The position numbers and the translations under genes were made by a program. Under the pieces are notes generated by a model, which made no database searches, had not been told where the DNA came from, and saw only the letters and a program-made list of their open reading frames with translations. Source: Chloroflexota bacterium (GTDB lineage Bacteria; Chloroflexota; Dehalococcoidia; UBA6926). From it: a DNA stretch of 64,000 nt. Below, piece by piece: positions 8,601 to 18,581 of the stretch (position 1 is its first letter; every line of letters starts with the position of its first letter). The stretch covers positions 914 to 64,913 of the forward strand of contig JAPOOK010000051.1 in the NCBI GenBank assembly GCA_026713485.1, written 5' to 3'.

Positions 8601-9827
8601 ATGGGCGAGTTCAATAGCGGCGATACTGCCTGGATGTTGATGTCGACAGCACTTGTGCTGTTCATGACACCGGGCCTTGCTTTCTTCTATGGCGGACTGG
8701 TGCGTGGACGAAACGTCATCAGCACGATTTCACTCAGCTTCGTGTCGATGGCCGTGGCCAGCCTTGTCTGGGTGCTCTGGGGATACAGCCTGGCATTCGG
8801 CGACGGCGGAGACCTTAACGCATTTGTAGGCGATCTTTCCTACATAGGCCTCTCCGGCATCGGCATCAACGATGGAGGGAACATTCCTGATCTCCTCTTC
8901 GTTGCATTCCAGATGATGTTCGCCATCATCACACCCGCCCTGATAACGGGCGCAATCGTGGAGAGGTTCAAGTTCACCACGTACATCGTCTTCCTTGTCC
9001 TGTGGCTGACCCTCGTCTACGCCCCCATTTGTCACTGGGTCTGGGCCGAGGGCGGCTGGCTCTTTGAAATGGGTGCGCTTGATTTCGCGGGCGGCACAGT
9101 CGTCCACATCAACGCGGGCGTCGCGGCGCTCATCGCCGCTGTCCTAGTGGGACGCAGGCGCAGGCCGGCACTTGAGCCGCACAACGTCCCGTACGTCGTT
9201 CTAGGCGCGGGCATCCTCTGGTTCGGGTGGTTCGGCTTCAACGCCGGTTCCGGCCTGGCGGCCAACGGGCAGGATGCAAACGCTCTGCTCGTCACCAATA
9301 CGGCTGCGGCTGCAGCAGCGCTGACGTGGGGAATCCTTTCATACATCCAGACTGGTCGAATTAGCACTGTCGGCATTGCCACCGGCGCAGTGGCCGGCCT
9401 CGTGGCCATCACACCGGCTGCGGGATTCGTCAATGTCATGGGCGCTCTTGTGCTCGGAATAGGCGCAGGAATCATCCCGTACTTCTTCGTGCTCTATAGG
9501 CCGCGAATGGGTTTCGACGATGCGCTTGACGTCTTCGGCGTGCACGGCGTCGCAGGAATCTGGGGCGCGCTTGGTACCGGAGTCTTCGCCATTGAGGCTA
9601 TTGGCGGCACGGCGGGACTGCTTGAAGGCAACCCGGAGCAGATGGGAGTGCAGGTGGTCGGTGTTGTCGCAACCCTCGCCTACTCCGGCGTCGCCACATT
9701 CGTCATCCTCAAGGTGCTGGACTTGATCCCCGGCCTTGGACTGAGGGAACCGGAGCCTGCCGAAGATGAGGGTCTTGACTTGGCTGCGCACGGTGAGCGC
9801 GCGTATGTCGCGGACGGCGCAGACTAG
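8601..9827 (+). CDS. amt: Ammonium transporter (Amt/AmtB family)
   Basis: DTAWMLMSTALVLFMTPGLAFFYGG...GAIVERF...HGVAGIWGALGTGVF Amt signature. ATG 8601 is preceded by AGGAGG. Confidence 0.85.
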   Translation: MGEFNSGDTAWMLMSTALVLFMTPGLAFFYGGLVRGRNVISTISLSFVSMAVASLVWVLWGYSLAFGDGGDLNAFVGDLSYIGLSGIGINDGGNIPDLLFVAFQMMFAIITPALITGAIVERFKFTTYIVFLVLWLTLVYAPICHWVWAEGGWLFEMGALDFAGGTVVHINAGVAALIAAVLVGRRRRPALEPHNVPYVVLGAGILWFGWFGFNAGSGLAANGQDANALLVTNTAAAAAALTWGILSYIQTGRISTVGIATGAVAGLVAITPAAGFVNVMGALVLGIGAGIIPYFFVLYRPRMGFDDALDVFGVHGVAGIWGALGTGVFAIEAIGGTAGLLEGNPEQMGVQVVGVVATLAYSGVATFVILKVLDLIPGLGLREPEPAEDEGLDLAAHGERAYVADGAD

Positions 9828-9937
9828 ACCTGCTTCAAGGAATGACTACAATCGGGAGCAACGCGAGAGCGGGAACCGATCCCGCGGCCCGGCGGTCCAA
9901 CACCGCCGGGCCGCCCAGAAGGGAATAGGAGACGACG

Positions 9938-10291
9938 ATGCTGAGCATAGAGGCGATTATCAGGCCTGAAACAATTGAGGACGTGGTAGGAGAGTTGGAG
10001 GCCGTTGGCTGCCGCAAGTTCTACTACGCCAATGTCACCGGCACGGGCCGACAGGGCGGAGTTGAAGTGTTCGTCGGCCGCGCGGGGCAAATGACCCGCC
10101 GCCACGAACGCCCAAGGACGATTCTTCGGGCCGTCGTCGAAGACGGTATGAAAGATGACGTGATCAATGCCATCATCCGTGGCGCCCGTAGCCCGGGCGA
10201 CGGTGAGGTAGGCGATGGCAAGATCTTTGTTTCTAGTGTGGAGGATGTCATCCGCGTTAGGACTGGCGAATCGGGCGAGGCAGCCATCTGA
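9938..10291 (+). CDS. glnK: PII-family nitrogen regulatory protein (GlnK-like, divergent T-loop without Tyr51)
   Basis: 112-117 aa. C-terminal IGDGKIFVSSVEDVIRVRTGE..AAI matches the PII B/C-loop consensus. Sits immediately downstream of amt. T-loop reads GTGRQGGVEVFVGRAGQMTRRHE. Confidence 0.7.
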   Translation: MLSIEAIIRPETIEDVVGELEAVGCRKFYYANVTGTGRQGGVEVFVGRAGQMTRRHERPRTILRAVVEDGMKDDVINAIIRGARSPGDGEVGDGKIFVSSVEDVIRVRTGESGEAAI

Positions 10292-10314
10292 CGGGGAAAG
10301 GCGTGTGGGGGTCA

Positions 10315-10355
10315 TATCCGCGGCGGGCACTGCCTGCCGCGGATACGCTTTTTGG
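10315..10355 (+). terminator. Rho-independent terminator after the PII gene
   Basis: Perfect 10-bp stem TATCCGCGGC / GCCGCGGATA with 11-nt loop, followed by CGCTTTTTGG. Confidence 0.55.
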
Positions 10356-10439
10356 CGCGTCCCCCTATCACCAGGCTTCAAAATTCCCTATAGTTTGTAG
10401 GGACGGTGAATCCTTCTGGCGAATGGGAGACAGGCAACG

Positions 10440-10781
10440 ATGACATCTGCGGCAGAACCCTTTGAGCGAGTTGACATCGATAGAGCGCGAGAACTTATTG
10501 ATAGCGGCAGTGTTGCGCTGATTGATGTCCGCGAACAGGAAGAATGGGATGACGGTTACATTGATGGAGCAACCCGCATTTCTGTGAACGACATCATCAG
10601 CATGAGCGCCGTTGACGATCTACCCAAGGATCAACCCATCGTCTTCTACTGCGCCGCCGGCGTCCGCTCTGCCCTGGCTTCGGAACTTGCCGCCTCTGTC
10701 GGTGTCCCAGGCCCGCTCTACAGCATGGAGGGTGGCTTCGACGCCTGGAAAAAGGCCGGCCACCCCACTGCGCAGGACTAA
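10440..10781 (+). CDS. Rhodanese-domain sulfurtransferase (single domain)
   Basis: Active-site loop FYCAAGVRS with catalytic Cys, and a ~110-aa rhodanese fold pattern. Confidence 0.75.
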   Translation: MTSAAEPFERVDIDRARELIDSGSVALIDVREQEEWDDGYIDGATRISVNDIISMSAVDDLPKDQPIVFYCAAGVRSALASELAASVGVPGPLYSMEGGFDAWKKAGHPTAQD

Positions 10782-10795
10782 GCCTGCGCCTTCCG

Positions 10796-12409
10796 TTGAC
10801 TACTGACCCGTACGAAGCCCAGCGTCCCATTATTGACGCCCTTAGTTCCCCTGCAACATATCCGCCTCGCGACGGCGTAGACACCGTCGAAGTCCGCGAA
10901 ACCCACACCGCCGTTGTCTTCCTGGCCGGCAACCGCGCCTACAAGATGAAGAAGGCCGTCGACTACGGCTTCCTGGACTTCACCACCCTCCGAAAGCGCC
11001 GCCACTTCTGCTACCAGGAACTGTTTCTCAACCAGCGCGCCGCCCCGGACATCTACCGTGAAGTCCGCGCCGTTATTCCGAATGGACGGGGTGGCTACCG
11101 TATCGTCGCGGAAGAAAACCCCGCAGCCGTCGAGTACCTCGTCCAGATGGTTCGCCTCCCGGAAGACATGATGTTGGATGCGCGACTGGGGCGCGACGAA
11201 GTCACGCCGGAGATGATGGCTGAACTCGGGCGCATAGTCGCTAACGTCCACCATCATGCCGAGACAAGCGATAAGATTGCCGCTGCTGGTGATCTCGAAG
11301 GCGTCCGCTTCAATGTTGAAGAGAACTTTGAACAGACCGAGGCCTACATCGGCCGTACCATCCCGCAAGATACATATGACACCGTCTCCCAATACGCCCG
11401 CCGGTTTATGGAGCAGCGCGAGACACTGTTCCACTCCCGTTCACAAAACGGATTTGTCCGTGACACACACGGAGACCTCCACGCCCAGCAGATCTGTATC
11501 GAGGCCAATGGCCGCATCTCTGTCCTCGACTGCATCGATTTCAATGAGCGATTCCGCTACGGAGACGTTGCATGGGATGTCGGATTCATGGCCATGGACC
11601 TCGAAGCCCGCGGCCACCCGGACCTTGCCCGCGCCTTTGTCGACGGCTACCTGGATCAGGCTGATGATCCCGGGATGCCGGAACTCCTGAACTTCTACCA
11701 GTGCTACCGCGCGTACGTTCGCGGCAAGGTTGAGGGCTTTCGGCTGGATCAACCTGACCTGTCCGACAAGGAAGCCGCAGAAGTCAAGGAGCGGGCCGAG
11801 GCCTATTTCCGCCTTGCAGAGCAATACGCCCGCACCATGATTGGCCCCAACATCGTCCTCATAGGCGGTCTAATGGGAACCGGCAAGAGTACGCTGGCAG
11901 AAGGCCTCGCGCGGGAGCGGGGCCATACCTACCTTTCAAGCGACATCGTCCGCAAGAACCTCGCCGGCGTCCCTGCTGATGAACGCCACTTCGTTGAGTG
12001 GAATACTGAGATCTATTCACCTGAGATGACGGAGCGAACCTACGATGAACTCGCTCGTCTCGCCGGCGAAGCTCTGCAGGACGGCCGATCCGTCGTCATC
12101 GACGCCGCTTTCTCCAACGCCCAACAACGCAAGCGATTCTCAGACCTCTCAAACGCCGCAGGTGTCCCTCTCCTCATGGTCATCTGCGAACTCTCTGAAG
12201 AGGAAACTCGCCAACGCCTTGATGCCCGTGTTGAGGCAGGCGGCGTCCCCACGGATGGCCGCTGGGAAATCTACACAGCCCAACGCGACTCATTCCAACA
12301 GCCCGACGAACTTCCCGCCGATTCTGTCATCTGCCTTGACACCTCCGAATCACCCGAAGCTGTCACTGATACCCTCGTCTCGCGCCTGGACGCGGACACG
12401 ATAGAATAA
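10796..12409 (+). CDS. Bifunctional phosphotransferase-like (APH/ChoK fold) N-domain fused to P-loop kinase (AAA_33-like) C-domain
   Basis: N-domain carries HGDLHAQQICIE...DCIDF (HGD..N/D catalytic loop of APH-type kinases). C-domain carries GGLMGTGKSTLA (Walker A). Confidence 0.55.
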   Translation: MTTDPYEAQRPIIDALSSPATYPPRDGVDTVEVRETHTAVVFLAGNRAYKMKKAVDYGFLDFTTLRKRRHFCYQELFLNQRAAPDIYREVRAVIPNGRGGYRIVAEENPAAVEYLVQMVRLPEDMMLDARLGRDEVTPEMMAELGRIVANVHHHAETSDKIAAAGDLEGVRFNVEENFEQTEAYIGRTIPQDTYDTVSQYARRFMEQRETLFHSRSQNGFVRDTHGDLHAQQICIEANGRISVLDCIDFNERFRYGDVAWDVGFMAMDLEARGHPDLARAFVDGYLDQADDPGMPELLNFYQCYRAYVRGKVEGFRLDQPDLSDKEAAEVKERAEAYFRLAEQYARTMIGPNIVLIGGLMGTGKSTLAEGLARERGHTYLSSDIVRKNLAGVPADERHFVEWNTEIYSPEMTERTYDELARLAGEALQDGRSVVIDAAFSNAQQRKRFSDLSNAAGVPLLMVICELSEEETRQRLDARVEAGGVPTDGRWEIYTAQRDSFQQPDELPADSVICLDTSESPEAVTDTLVSRLDADTIE

Positions 12410-12447
12410 ACACTGTCCCCGCTGCCACCATCAATCAATAGGAGAAT

Positions 12448-13731
12448 GTGCCGAAGATGACCGTTACAGATATCGCCCATGACATAGCCAACCTGGCCCT
12501 GGCTGACGAGGGACAAAGGCGAATTGAATGGGCCGCGCGTGAAATGCCCGTCGTCAAACTGATACGGGATCGTTTCACCAAGGAACGCCCACTTGAAGGG
12601 CAGCGAATCGCCGCCTGCCTGCACGTCACATCTGAAACGGCCAACCTTATGCTCGCCCTCAAAGAGGGAGGCGCGGAGGTGCGCCTGTGCGCCTCCAACC
12701 CGCTCTCGACCCAAGACGATGTCGCCGCAGCGCTCGTCGCCAATCATGGCATCTCTGTCTTTGCAATCCACGGCGAGGACACGGAGTCGTACTACAAACA
12801 CATCAACCAGTCCCTTGACGGCAACCCCACCATCACGATGGATGACGGCGCAGACCTCGTCGCCACCATTCACGGGGAGCGCACGGATCTGATCGAGGGC
12901 CTCCGCGGCGGCAGTGAAGAGACCACTACCGGCGTCATCCGCCTCCGCAGCCTCGCGCAGCAAGGCATGCTCAAGTACCCCGTCATCGCCGTCAACGATG
13001 CTGACACCAAGCACCTCTTTGACAACCGCTACGGCACCGGCCAGTCTACGCTGGACGGCATCACACGCGCCACCAACATCCTTTGGGCCGGCAAGACGGT
13101 CCTCGTCGCAGGCTACGGCTGGTGCGGGCGCGGCGTCGCTATGCGGGCACGCGGAATGGGCGCGCAGGTCATCGTCAGTGAATTCGACCCCATTCGTGCC
13201 CTGGAAGCTCTGATGGACGGCAACCGCGTGATGACGACCGCGGAGGCCGTGCCGGAGGCCGATGTCATCATCACCGTTACAGGCGACATCCATGCCATCG
13301 GCCGCAACCATATCCCCCTTCTCAAGGACAACGTCGTACTGAGCAACTCCGGCCACTTCAATGTTGAGATTGACATCCCGGCCCTCGAAGAAGCCAGCAA
13401 CGGCTCCCGTGAGATGAGGTCCAATGTCGTTGCCTATGCAATGAAGGATGGTCGCACGGTCAATCTCCTGGCCGAAGGTCGCCTTATCAACTTGGCCGCC
13501 GCGGAAGGACACCCGTCCGCCGTCATGGATCTCTCCTTTGCGGACCAGGCGCTCGCCGCTGAGTATCTCTCCGGCGGTGAAGGTGCAGACCTTTCAAATG
13601 ATGTCCACACCCTCCCACGTGAACTTGATTCGGAAGTCGCACGACTCAAGCTCCATTCCGTTGGCATTTCGATTGACTCGCCAACTGAAGAACAGACCAA
13701 GTACCTCGGCAGTTGGGAGATGGGCACCTGA
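12448..13731 (+). CDS. ahcY: Adenosylhomocysteinase
   Basis: Highly conserved SAHH motifs: SNPLSTQDDVAAAL, GYGWCGRG (NAD-binding), HFNVEID. Confidence 0.9.
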   Translation: MPKMTVTDIAHDIANLALADEGQRRIEWAAREMPVVKLIRDRFTKERPLEGQRIAACLHVTSETANLMLALKEGGAEVRLCASNPLSTQDDVAAALVANHGISVFAIHGEDTESYYKHINQSLDGNPTITMDDGADLVATIHGERTDLIEGLRGGSEETTTGVIRLRSLAQQGMLKYPVIAVNDADTKHLFDNRYGTGQSTLDGITRATNILWAGKTVLVAGYGWCGRGVAMRARGMGAQVIVSEFDPIRALEALMDGNRVMTTAEAVPEADVIITVTGDIHAIGRNHIPLLKDNVVLSNSGHFNVEIDIPALEEASNGSREMRSNVVAYAMKDGRTVNLLAEGRLINLAAAEGHPSAVMDLSFADQALAAEYLSGGEGADLSNDVHTLPRELDSEVARLKLHSVGISIDSPTEEQTKYLGSWEMGT

Positions 13732-14273
13732 GTCGCCCAAACGCAATACAGGCAAACGCGTCCGACAGGTCCGAAGCCGTGTCGATTCGAGCAACCGCGA
13801 CCCTCGAGGAGCAGGAGCGATACGGCCATTGCTTCGCGTGCGGCGTCGCCAATGAATCCGGCCTCAACCTGGAATTCGAGGCAATTGAGGATGGCGGTGT
13901 CACCGCACTCTACGTTCCGCAGGAACGGCATCAGGGTTGGCCGAACGTCCTCCACGGCGGCATAGTGGCAACACTCCTCGATGAGGCTGCCGCCTATGTT
14001 GCATATGCGCGCGGCCAACACGCCGCCACCGCGCGGCTGAACGTACGCTACAGTCGCGCCGCGTCGCTTGACGCACCCCTGCGCGTGATCGCAACACTGG
14101 CAAAAGACACCCGGCGCATGCTTACTATAGAAGCCCGTGTAACAACCCTCGACGAAGAGAAAATCGCTAACGCGGAGGCCACACTCCTCCTCATGACGCC
14201 TAAACAGGAGCAGGAATACGGCCTGATCCCGCCGACCACCGAGCCGAACGACAATAGGCAGGGCAAAGCCTAG
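13713..14273 (+). CDS. Hotdog-fold thioesterase (PaaI/YbgC-like); true start uncertain, may be a downstream GTG
   Basis: Hotdog signature HGG..ATL.DEA. The ORF start overlaps the ahcY end by 19 nt. Confidence 0.45.
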   Translation: MGDGHLSRPNAIQANASDRSEAVSIRATATLEEQERYGHCFACGVANESGLNLEFEAIEDGGVTALYVPQERHQGWPNVLHGGIVATLLDEAAAYVAYARGQHAATARLNVRYSRAASLDAPLRVIATLAKDTRRMLTIEARVTTLDEEKIANAEATLLLMTPKQEQEYGLIPPTTEPNDNRQGKA

Positions 14274-14288
14274 GGAGGAAACTGATAG

Positions 14289-15557
14289 ATGACCACGTTC
14301 CTGCAAACGAGCGAATCAGTGACAGAAGGTCACCCGGACAAACTGTGTGATCAAATCTCCGACGCGGTTCTTGACGCAATCTTCGCAGATGATTCCACCG
14401 CCCGCGTCGCTTGTGAAACCCTCGTCACCAGGGGCCTTGTCTTCGTAACTGGCGAGATCACCACCAGCTCTTATGTTGATATCCAGGCCATCGTGCGGAA
14501 TACCGTCAGGGAAGTGGGCTATACCGATTCCGACTACGGCTTTGACGCAAATACTTGTGGGGTCATCGTCTCGATTAATGAGCAGTCGCCGGACATCAAG
14601 ACTGGCGTCGACGAAGCCGAAGAAATTCGTGGCGAGGGCGCTGCAGATGCTATTGCGAACCTCGGAGCGGGTGATCAGGGATCAATGGTTGGCTATGCTT
14701 GCCGCGAGACTGAAGATGCACTCGGAACCGAAAATGTCTTTATGCCCTTGCCCATTTATCTGTCACACCGATTGGCGGAGAAGCTGGCCGAAGTTCGCAA
14801 GAATGGTTCACTCCCCTATCTCAGGCCCGATGGGAAATCCCAGGTCACCGTCGAATACGAGGATGGCAAGGTTCGACGAATCGACAGCATCACGCTGGCT
14901 GCCCAACATGACCCTGAAGTAAGCAATGACACGCTCCGCCGAGACCTCAATGAATTGGTCATTCGGGAAGTTGTGCCGCACAACTTGATGGACAAGGAGA
15001 CGAAGTTCCATATCAACTCCTCCGGTCGTTTCGTGATTGGCGGGCCCATGGCGGACGCCGGGTTGACCGGCCGCAAGATTCTCGTTGACACCTACGGCGC
15101 TGGCTACAAGCATGGCGGAGGCGCCTTCTCCGGTAAGGATCCGACGAAGGTCGACCGCTCCGGCGCGTACTACGCCCGTTACGTGGCCAAGAATGTCGTC
15201 GCAGCCGGCCTCGCGGAGCGTTGTGAGGTCCAACTCGCATACGTCATTGGACGGCGCGAACCCGCGTCCGTGTCTGTTGAGACATTTGGCACTGGCACAA
15301 TCCCCAGTGACAGGATTGAAGAGCTGGTTCGCGCGAATTTCGATATGACTCCGGGTGCAATCATCACGCAACTGGACCTCATGAGCGCAGATGCCGGACG
15401 GCGGCCCCGATATCGTCGGGTTGCGGCGTATGGCCACTTCGGGCGGAACCATATCAATCGCACCGACGGAACTCACATTGAAGTCCCCTGGGAGCGCACG
15501 GATAAGGCTGATAATCTCCGCAAGGAAGCCGGCCTGCCCGACGAGCAAGACAGCTGA
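14289..15557 (+). CDS. metK: S-adenosylmethionine synthetase
   Basis: [29 protein letters not shown], and [21 protein letters not shown] motifs. AGGA RBS present. Confidence 0.92.
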   Translation: MTTFLQTSESVTEGHPDKLCDQISDAVLDAIFADDSTARVACETLVTRGLVFVTGEITTSSYVDIQAIVRNTVREVGYTDSDYGFDANTCGVIVSINEQSPDIKTGVDEAEEIRGEGAADAIANLGAGDQGSMVGYACRETEDALGTENVFMPLPIYLSHRLAEKLAEVRKNGSLPYLRPDGKSQVTVEYEDGKVRRIDSITLAAQHDPEVSNDTLRRDLNELVIREVVPHNLMDKETKFHINSSGRFVIGGPMADAGLTGRKILVDTYGAGYKHGGGAFSGKDPTKVDRSGAYYARYVAKNVVAAGLAERCEVQLAYVIGRREPASVSVETFGTGTIPSDRIEELVRANFDMTPGAIITQLDLMSADAGRRPRYRRVAAYGHFGRNHINRTDGTHIEVPWERTDKADNLRKEAGLPDEQDS

Positions 15558-15578
15558 CCGGCCCGGCTTGCGCGGCTC

Positions 15579-16631
15579 ATGTTGACCGGAGGCCTAACCG
15601 CAGTTGTCCTCGCCGGTGGTGAAGGCACACGCCTCCGTCCACTCACCAATGAACTGCCCAAACCGGTCCTGCCCGTCGCAAACCGCCCCTTCTTTGAGTA
15701 CATGCTGGATCACCTCAAAGAGGCCGGTGTCACGCGCGTCATCATGGCGCTCGGCTACCGTGCTGAGCCGCTAATCGAGAGTTTCGGTAACGGAAGTGCC
15801 TACGGCCTCCGCATTGACTATGAAGTCGAAGACCGGCCACTCGGCACGTCCGGCGCGGTTCGTGCCCTCCTGCCGGAACTCAAAGAGACCTTTCTTGTTC
15901 TCAACGGCGATTGCGTGACAGAGATCGACATCGCCGCCATGGTGGAACAACACGTGGAACGCCGTGAATACGCCACCCTCGCCGTCCACACCGTCGATGA
16001 CCCGTCACGCTACGGTGTCGTCGTCATCGACGGCATCGGCTACGTCAGCCGCTTCATTGAGAAGCCACCCGGCCCGCGTTTCCCCGCCAACACCGTTAAT
16101 AGCGGTGTCTATGCGCTGGAACCGGAGATGTTCAACTTCATCAGCGACGGCTTCACCATGTTTGAAAAAGACCTCTTCCCCACCGCCCTCATGGCCGGTG
16201 TTGAGATCGGCACGTTCCCGTGGGAGGGCTACTTCATGGACATGGGGACGCCGGCCAGCTTTCTGCAACTCAATCGTGATGTCCTGACGGGGATCGCCCC
16301 AACACGACGCGCCCTCTCTGAACCCGCCACCGCGCCCATCATCGAAGAGTCCGCCCGGCTCGACGGCCCTGTCAACTGCGGCAACGGGGTCACAATCGGC
16401 GCAAACGCCCGCATCATCGGCCCCGTCGTGCTTGGCGATGGTGTTGTTATCAGCGACTCAGCGCTCATCGAGGAAAGCGTCATTCTGGCCGGAGCGCACA
16501 TCAACACAGGTGCCACCATACGAGGCGCAATCGTTGCCCAAAACGCTGTCGTGTCGGACGGAGCCACAGTCGAGCCCGGCAGCGTGTTTGACGGCGACGC
16601 AGCAGCCACCGCAGACGCCACAAGCGTCTAG
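15579..16631 (+). CDS. NDP-sugar pyrophosphorylase (mannose-1-P guanylyltransferase / glucose-1-P thymidylyltransferase family) with C-terminal left-handed beta-helix
   Basis: N-terminal VVLAGGEGTRLRPLT nucleotidyltransferase motif. C-terminal hexapeptide-repeat region. Confidence 0.7.
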   Translation: MLTGGLTAVVLAGGEGTRLRPLTNELPKPVLPVANRPFFEYMLDHLKEAGVTRVIMALGYRAEPLIESFGNGSAYGLRIDYEVEDRPLGTSGAVRALLPELKETFLVLNGDCVTEIDIAAMVEQHVERREYATLAVHTVDDPSRYGVVVIDGIGYVSRFIEKPPGPRFPANTVNSGVYALEPEMFNFISDGFTMFEKDLFPTALMAGVEIGTFPWEGYFMDMGTPASFLQLNRDVLTGIAPTRRALSEPATAPIIEESARLDGPVNCGNGVTIGANARIIGPVVLGDGVVISDSALIEESVILAGAHINTGATIRGAIVAQNAVVSDGATVEPGSVFDGDAAATADATSV

Positions 16632-16639
16632 CCTGCGCC

Positions 16640-17896
16640 ATGGCAGCGCCCACTGACGGGCCCCCACAGGCATCCGTCCCCTCTTTTCTCGCGGGCCCGC
16701 TCCGCACGCTCCAATTCCGCGATTTCCGTATCCTTTGGGTCGCCACCATGGCCATGTCCATGGGCTTCTGGATGCAGCAGCTCACGTTGGGCTGGCTGGT
16801 GCTCGAGATCTCGGATTCAGCATTCTGGGTAGGCGCTGCCGAGGCTGCCCGCCTTGCCCCGTTCCTGCTCTTCGGCCTCGTTTCTGGCACCATCGCGGAT
16901 CGCCTGGAACGGCGCATCCTCCTTCGTGTCATCGTCAGCTGCAACATCGTGCTAAGCGTCGCGCTTGGAATGCTGGAATTGAATGGGATGCTCTCCGTAC
17001 CAGTCGCGATCGGCGGAGCATTCCTTTACGGCACGGTCAACGCCTTTCTCATGCCCACGCTCCAAGCCTATGTCCATGACATCGTTGGCAGTCGCTACAT
17101 CGTGAACGGCCTCGCCCTCAATCAGACGGCGCAGCGCCTCATGGGCGTCTTCGGAGGACTCCTGGGCGGCACCCTGCTGTTTGTCCTGGGAATCGGCGGC
17201 ACATTCCTTGTCATGGCGGTTGGCTATGCGATTGCGCTGGCCATATTGCTATTCACCCGCACGTCGTCCCGCCCCGGATTTGGCACGCCGGAACAGCCGT
17301 CAGTTCGCCAATCCTTTACAGAGGCGCTCGGTCTCGTCGGCCACAACCCATCCGTCCGCGCCCTCCTCCTGCTCTCCGTCGCAACGGAGATATTCGCCTT
17401 CTCGCACATCGTCATGATCTCAATCTTCGCCCGCGATGTGCTGGAGATCGGCCCGCAGGGATTCGGGATCATGGTCGCCGCCCGCGCTGTCGGCTCTGTT
17501 ATCGGTGTCGTCGCCCTTGCTTCTATCGGCGATAGACTCCCCAAGGGAAAGACGTTACTCGTTGCGAGTGCCCTGTTCGGCCTCAGCCTCGCCGCATTCG
17601 GCTCACAGCCGTGGATAGTTACCGCGCTGTTCTTCCTGGGTGTGGCCGGAATAATGGCCTCGATTTTCGACCTTCTCCAGCAGGCTTCTCTGCAGCTCGC
17701 AGTCGGCGAGGATCAACGGGGCAGGGCAATGGGCATCTGGGTCATGGGTGTGGGCGCAGGCCCTGTCGGTCACCTGGAGGTCGGCTTGCTCTCGGATTTC
17801 ACGAACCCGCAATTTGCAATAGTCTTCAACGGCCTAGTGCTGGTTGTCCTGGTCATCCTCGTCACGATGACCACCTCGCGCCTCCGCCGCATCTGA
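16640..17896 (+). CDS. MFS transporter (12 TM, EntS/enterobactin-exporter-like)
   Basis: FRILWVATMAMSMGFWM... and a 12-helix hydropathy pattern with an MFS D/R motif between TM2 and TM3. Confidence 0.65.
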   Translation: MAAPTDGPPQASVPSFLAGPLRTLQFRDFRILWVATMAMSMGFWMQQLTLGWLVLEISDSAFWVGAAEAARLAPFLLFGLVSGTIADRLERRILLRVIVSCNIVLSVALGMLELNGMLSVPVAIGGAFLYGTVNAFLMPTLQAYVHDIVGSRYIVNGLALNQTAQRLMGVFGGLLGGTLLFVLGIGGTFLVMAVGYAIALAILLFTRTSSRPGFGTPEQPSVRQSFTEALGLVGHNPSVRALLLLSVATEIFAFSHIVMISIFARDVLEIGPQGFGIMVAARAVGSVIGVVALASIGDRLPKGKTLLVASALFGLSLAAFGSQPWIVTALFFLGVAGIMASIFDLLQQASLQLAVGEDQRGRAMGIWVMGVGAGPVGHLEVGLLSDFTNPQFAIVFNGLVLVVLVILVTMTTSRLRRI

Positions 17897-17970
17897 CCTT
17901 CCAAGCTGGAACGCGGCTCGCCAATTCCCAAGCCACTCAGGCTGAATCGCGCACTTAACCCGTAGCGCAG

Positions 17971-18441
17971 CTACCCACTCGCCTCCTCCAGTTGCTCCCA
18001 CAACTGCCGTGTCAGCGCAACGTGCCCCAGGTGCTCCCCGAGATGCCGCAACATCAAAACAATTAGTCCGGCGCCCGTCGACTCATTCCCAACAAACTCC
18101 CGCTTACCGGCCAGCATCTCCTCTGTGATTGACGAAAGCGCTTGTTCAACCTTCGCCTGTGTTTCGTCGATGAGCCTTAGAAGATCCGTTGACTTCGTTC
18201 CCGCCGCCGCGAATTCCGCCGCGCGGTCACGCTGCGGCTCCTCGCCTTGAGCGATGGCGCACATCCCGCCCGCCATTCCCATCATGTGGGAAACGAGCAT
18301 GTAGATCGAACTGCTCTCATCGCCGACCGGACGCCAATTCAGGGCCTCGCCGTCCAGCCCGTCCAGCGCCTGCCTCAGATCGTTCAGCACCGTGTTGAAT
18401 TGAACCCGTACTCCGGCGATAGTCGCTTCCGTCAGTGTCAT
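17971..18441 (-). CDS. DinB/DUF664-family (metal-dependent four-helix-bundle) protein
   Basis: ~155 aa helical protein with the His pattern of DinB_2. Start at MTLTEAT (ATG 18441). Confidence 0.45.
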   Translation of the reverse strand: MTLTEATIAGVRVQFNTVLNDLRQALDGLDGEALNWRPVGDESSSIYMLVSHMMGMAGGMCAIAQGEEPQRDRAAEFAAAGTKSTDLLRLIDETQAKVEQALSSITEEMLAGKREFVGNESTGAGLIVLMLRHLGEHLGHVALTRQLWEQLEEASG

Positions 18442-18581
18442 ATTCGTAGTCACTTCCTGTTTGAGAATGTCTCTCACGCTATTGCCCTGCGTGGTGGGGA
18501 AATAAGTGTAGCGGATTGGACGGAGTGGGGCTATGGGGGTAGGCGGGTTCGTCTTGAGCCTGTCGAAGGACGAACAGGAGG

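Noticed and set aside
12271-13512. Long antisense ORFs opposite well-conserved genes: 12271..13512 opposite ahcY, 13434..14306 opposite the thioesterase, 3356..4333 opposite the ligase, 63124..63864 opposite the fused CoA-transferase, and 623..1180 opposite the MBL-fold hydrolase gene.
   Set aside because: High-GC genomes generate long spurious ORFs on the antisense strand. These translate to Arg/Ala/Gly-rich low-complexity products with no motifs, and each fully overlaps a gene with strong family signatures.
14289-14300. SAM riboswitch upstream of metK.
   Set aside because: Only 15 nt separate metK from the preceding gene, so there is no room for a leader structure.
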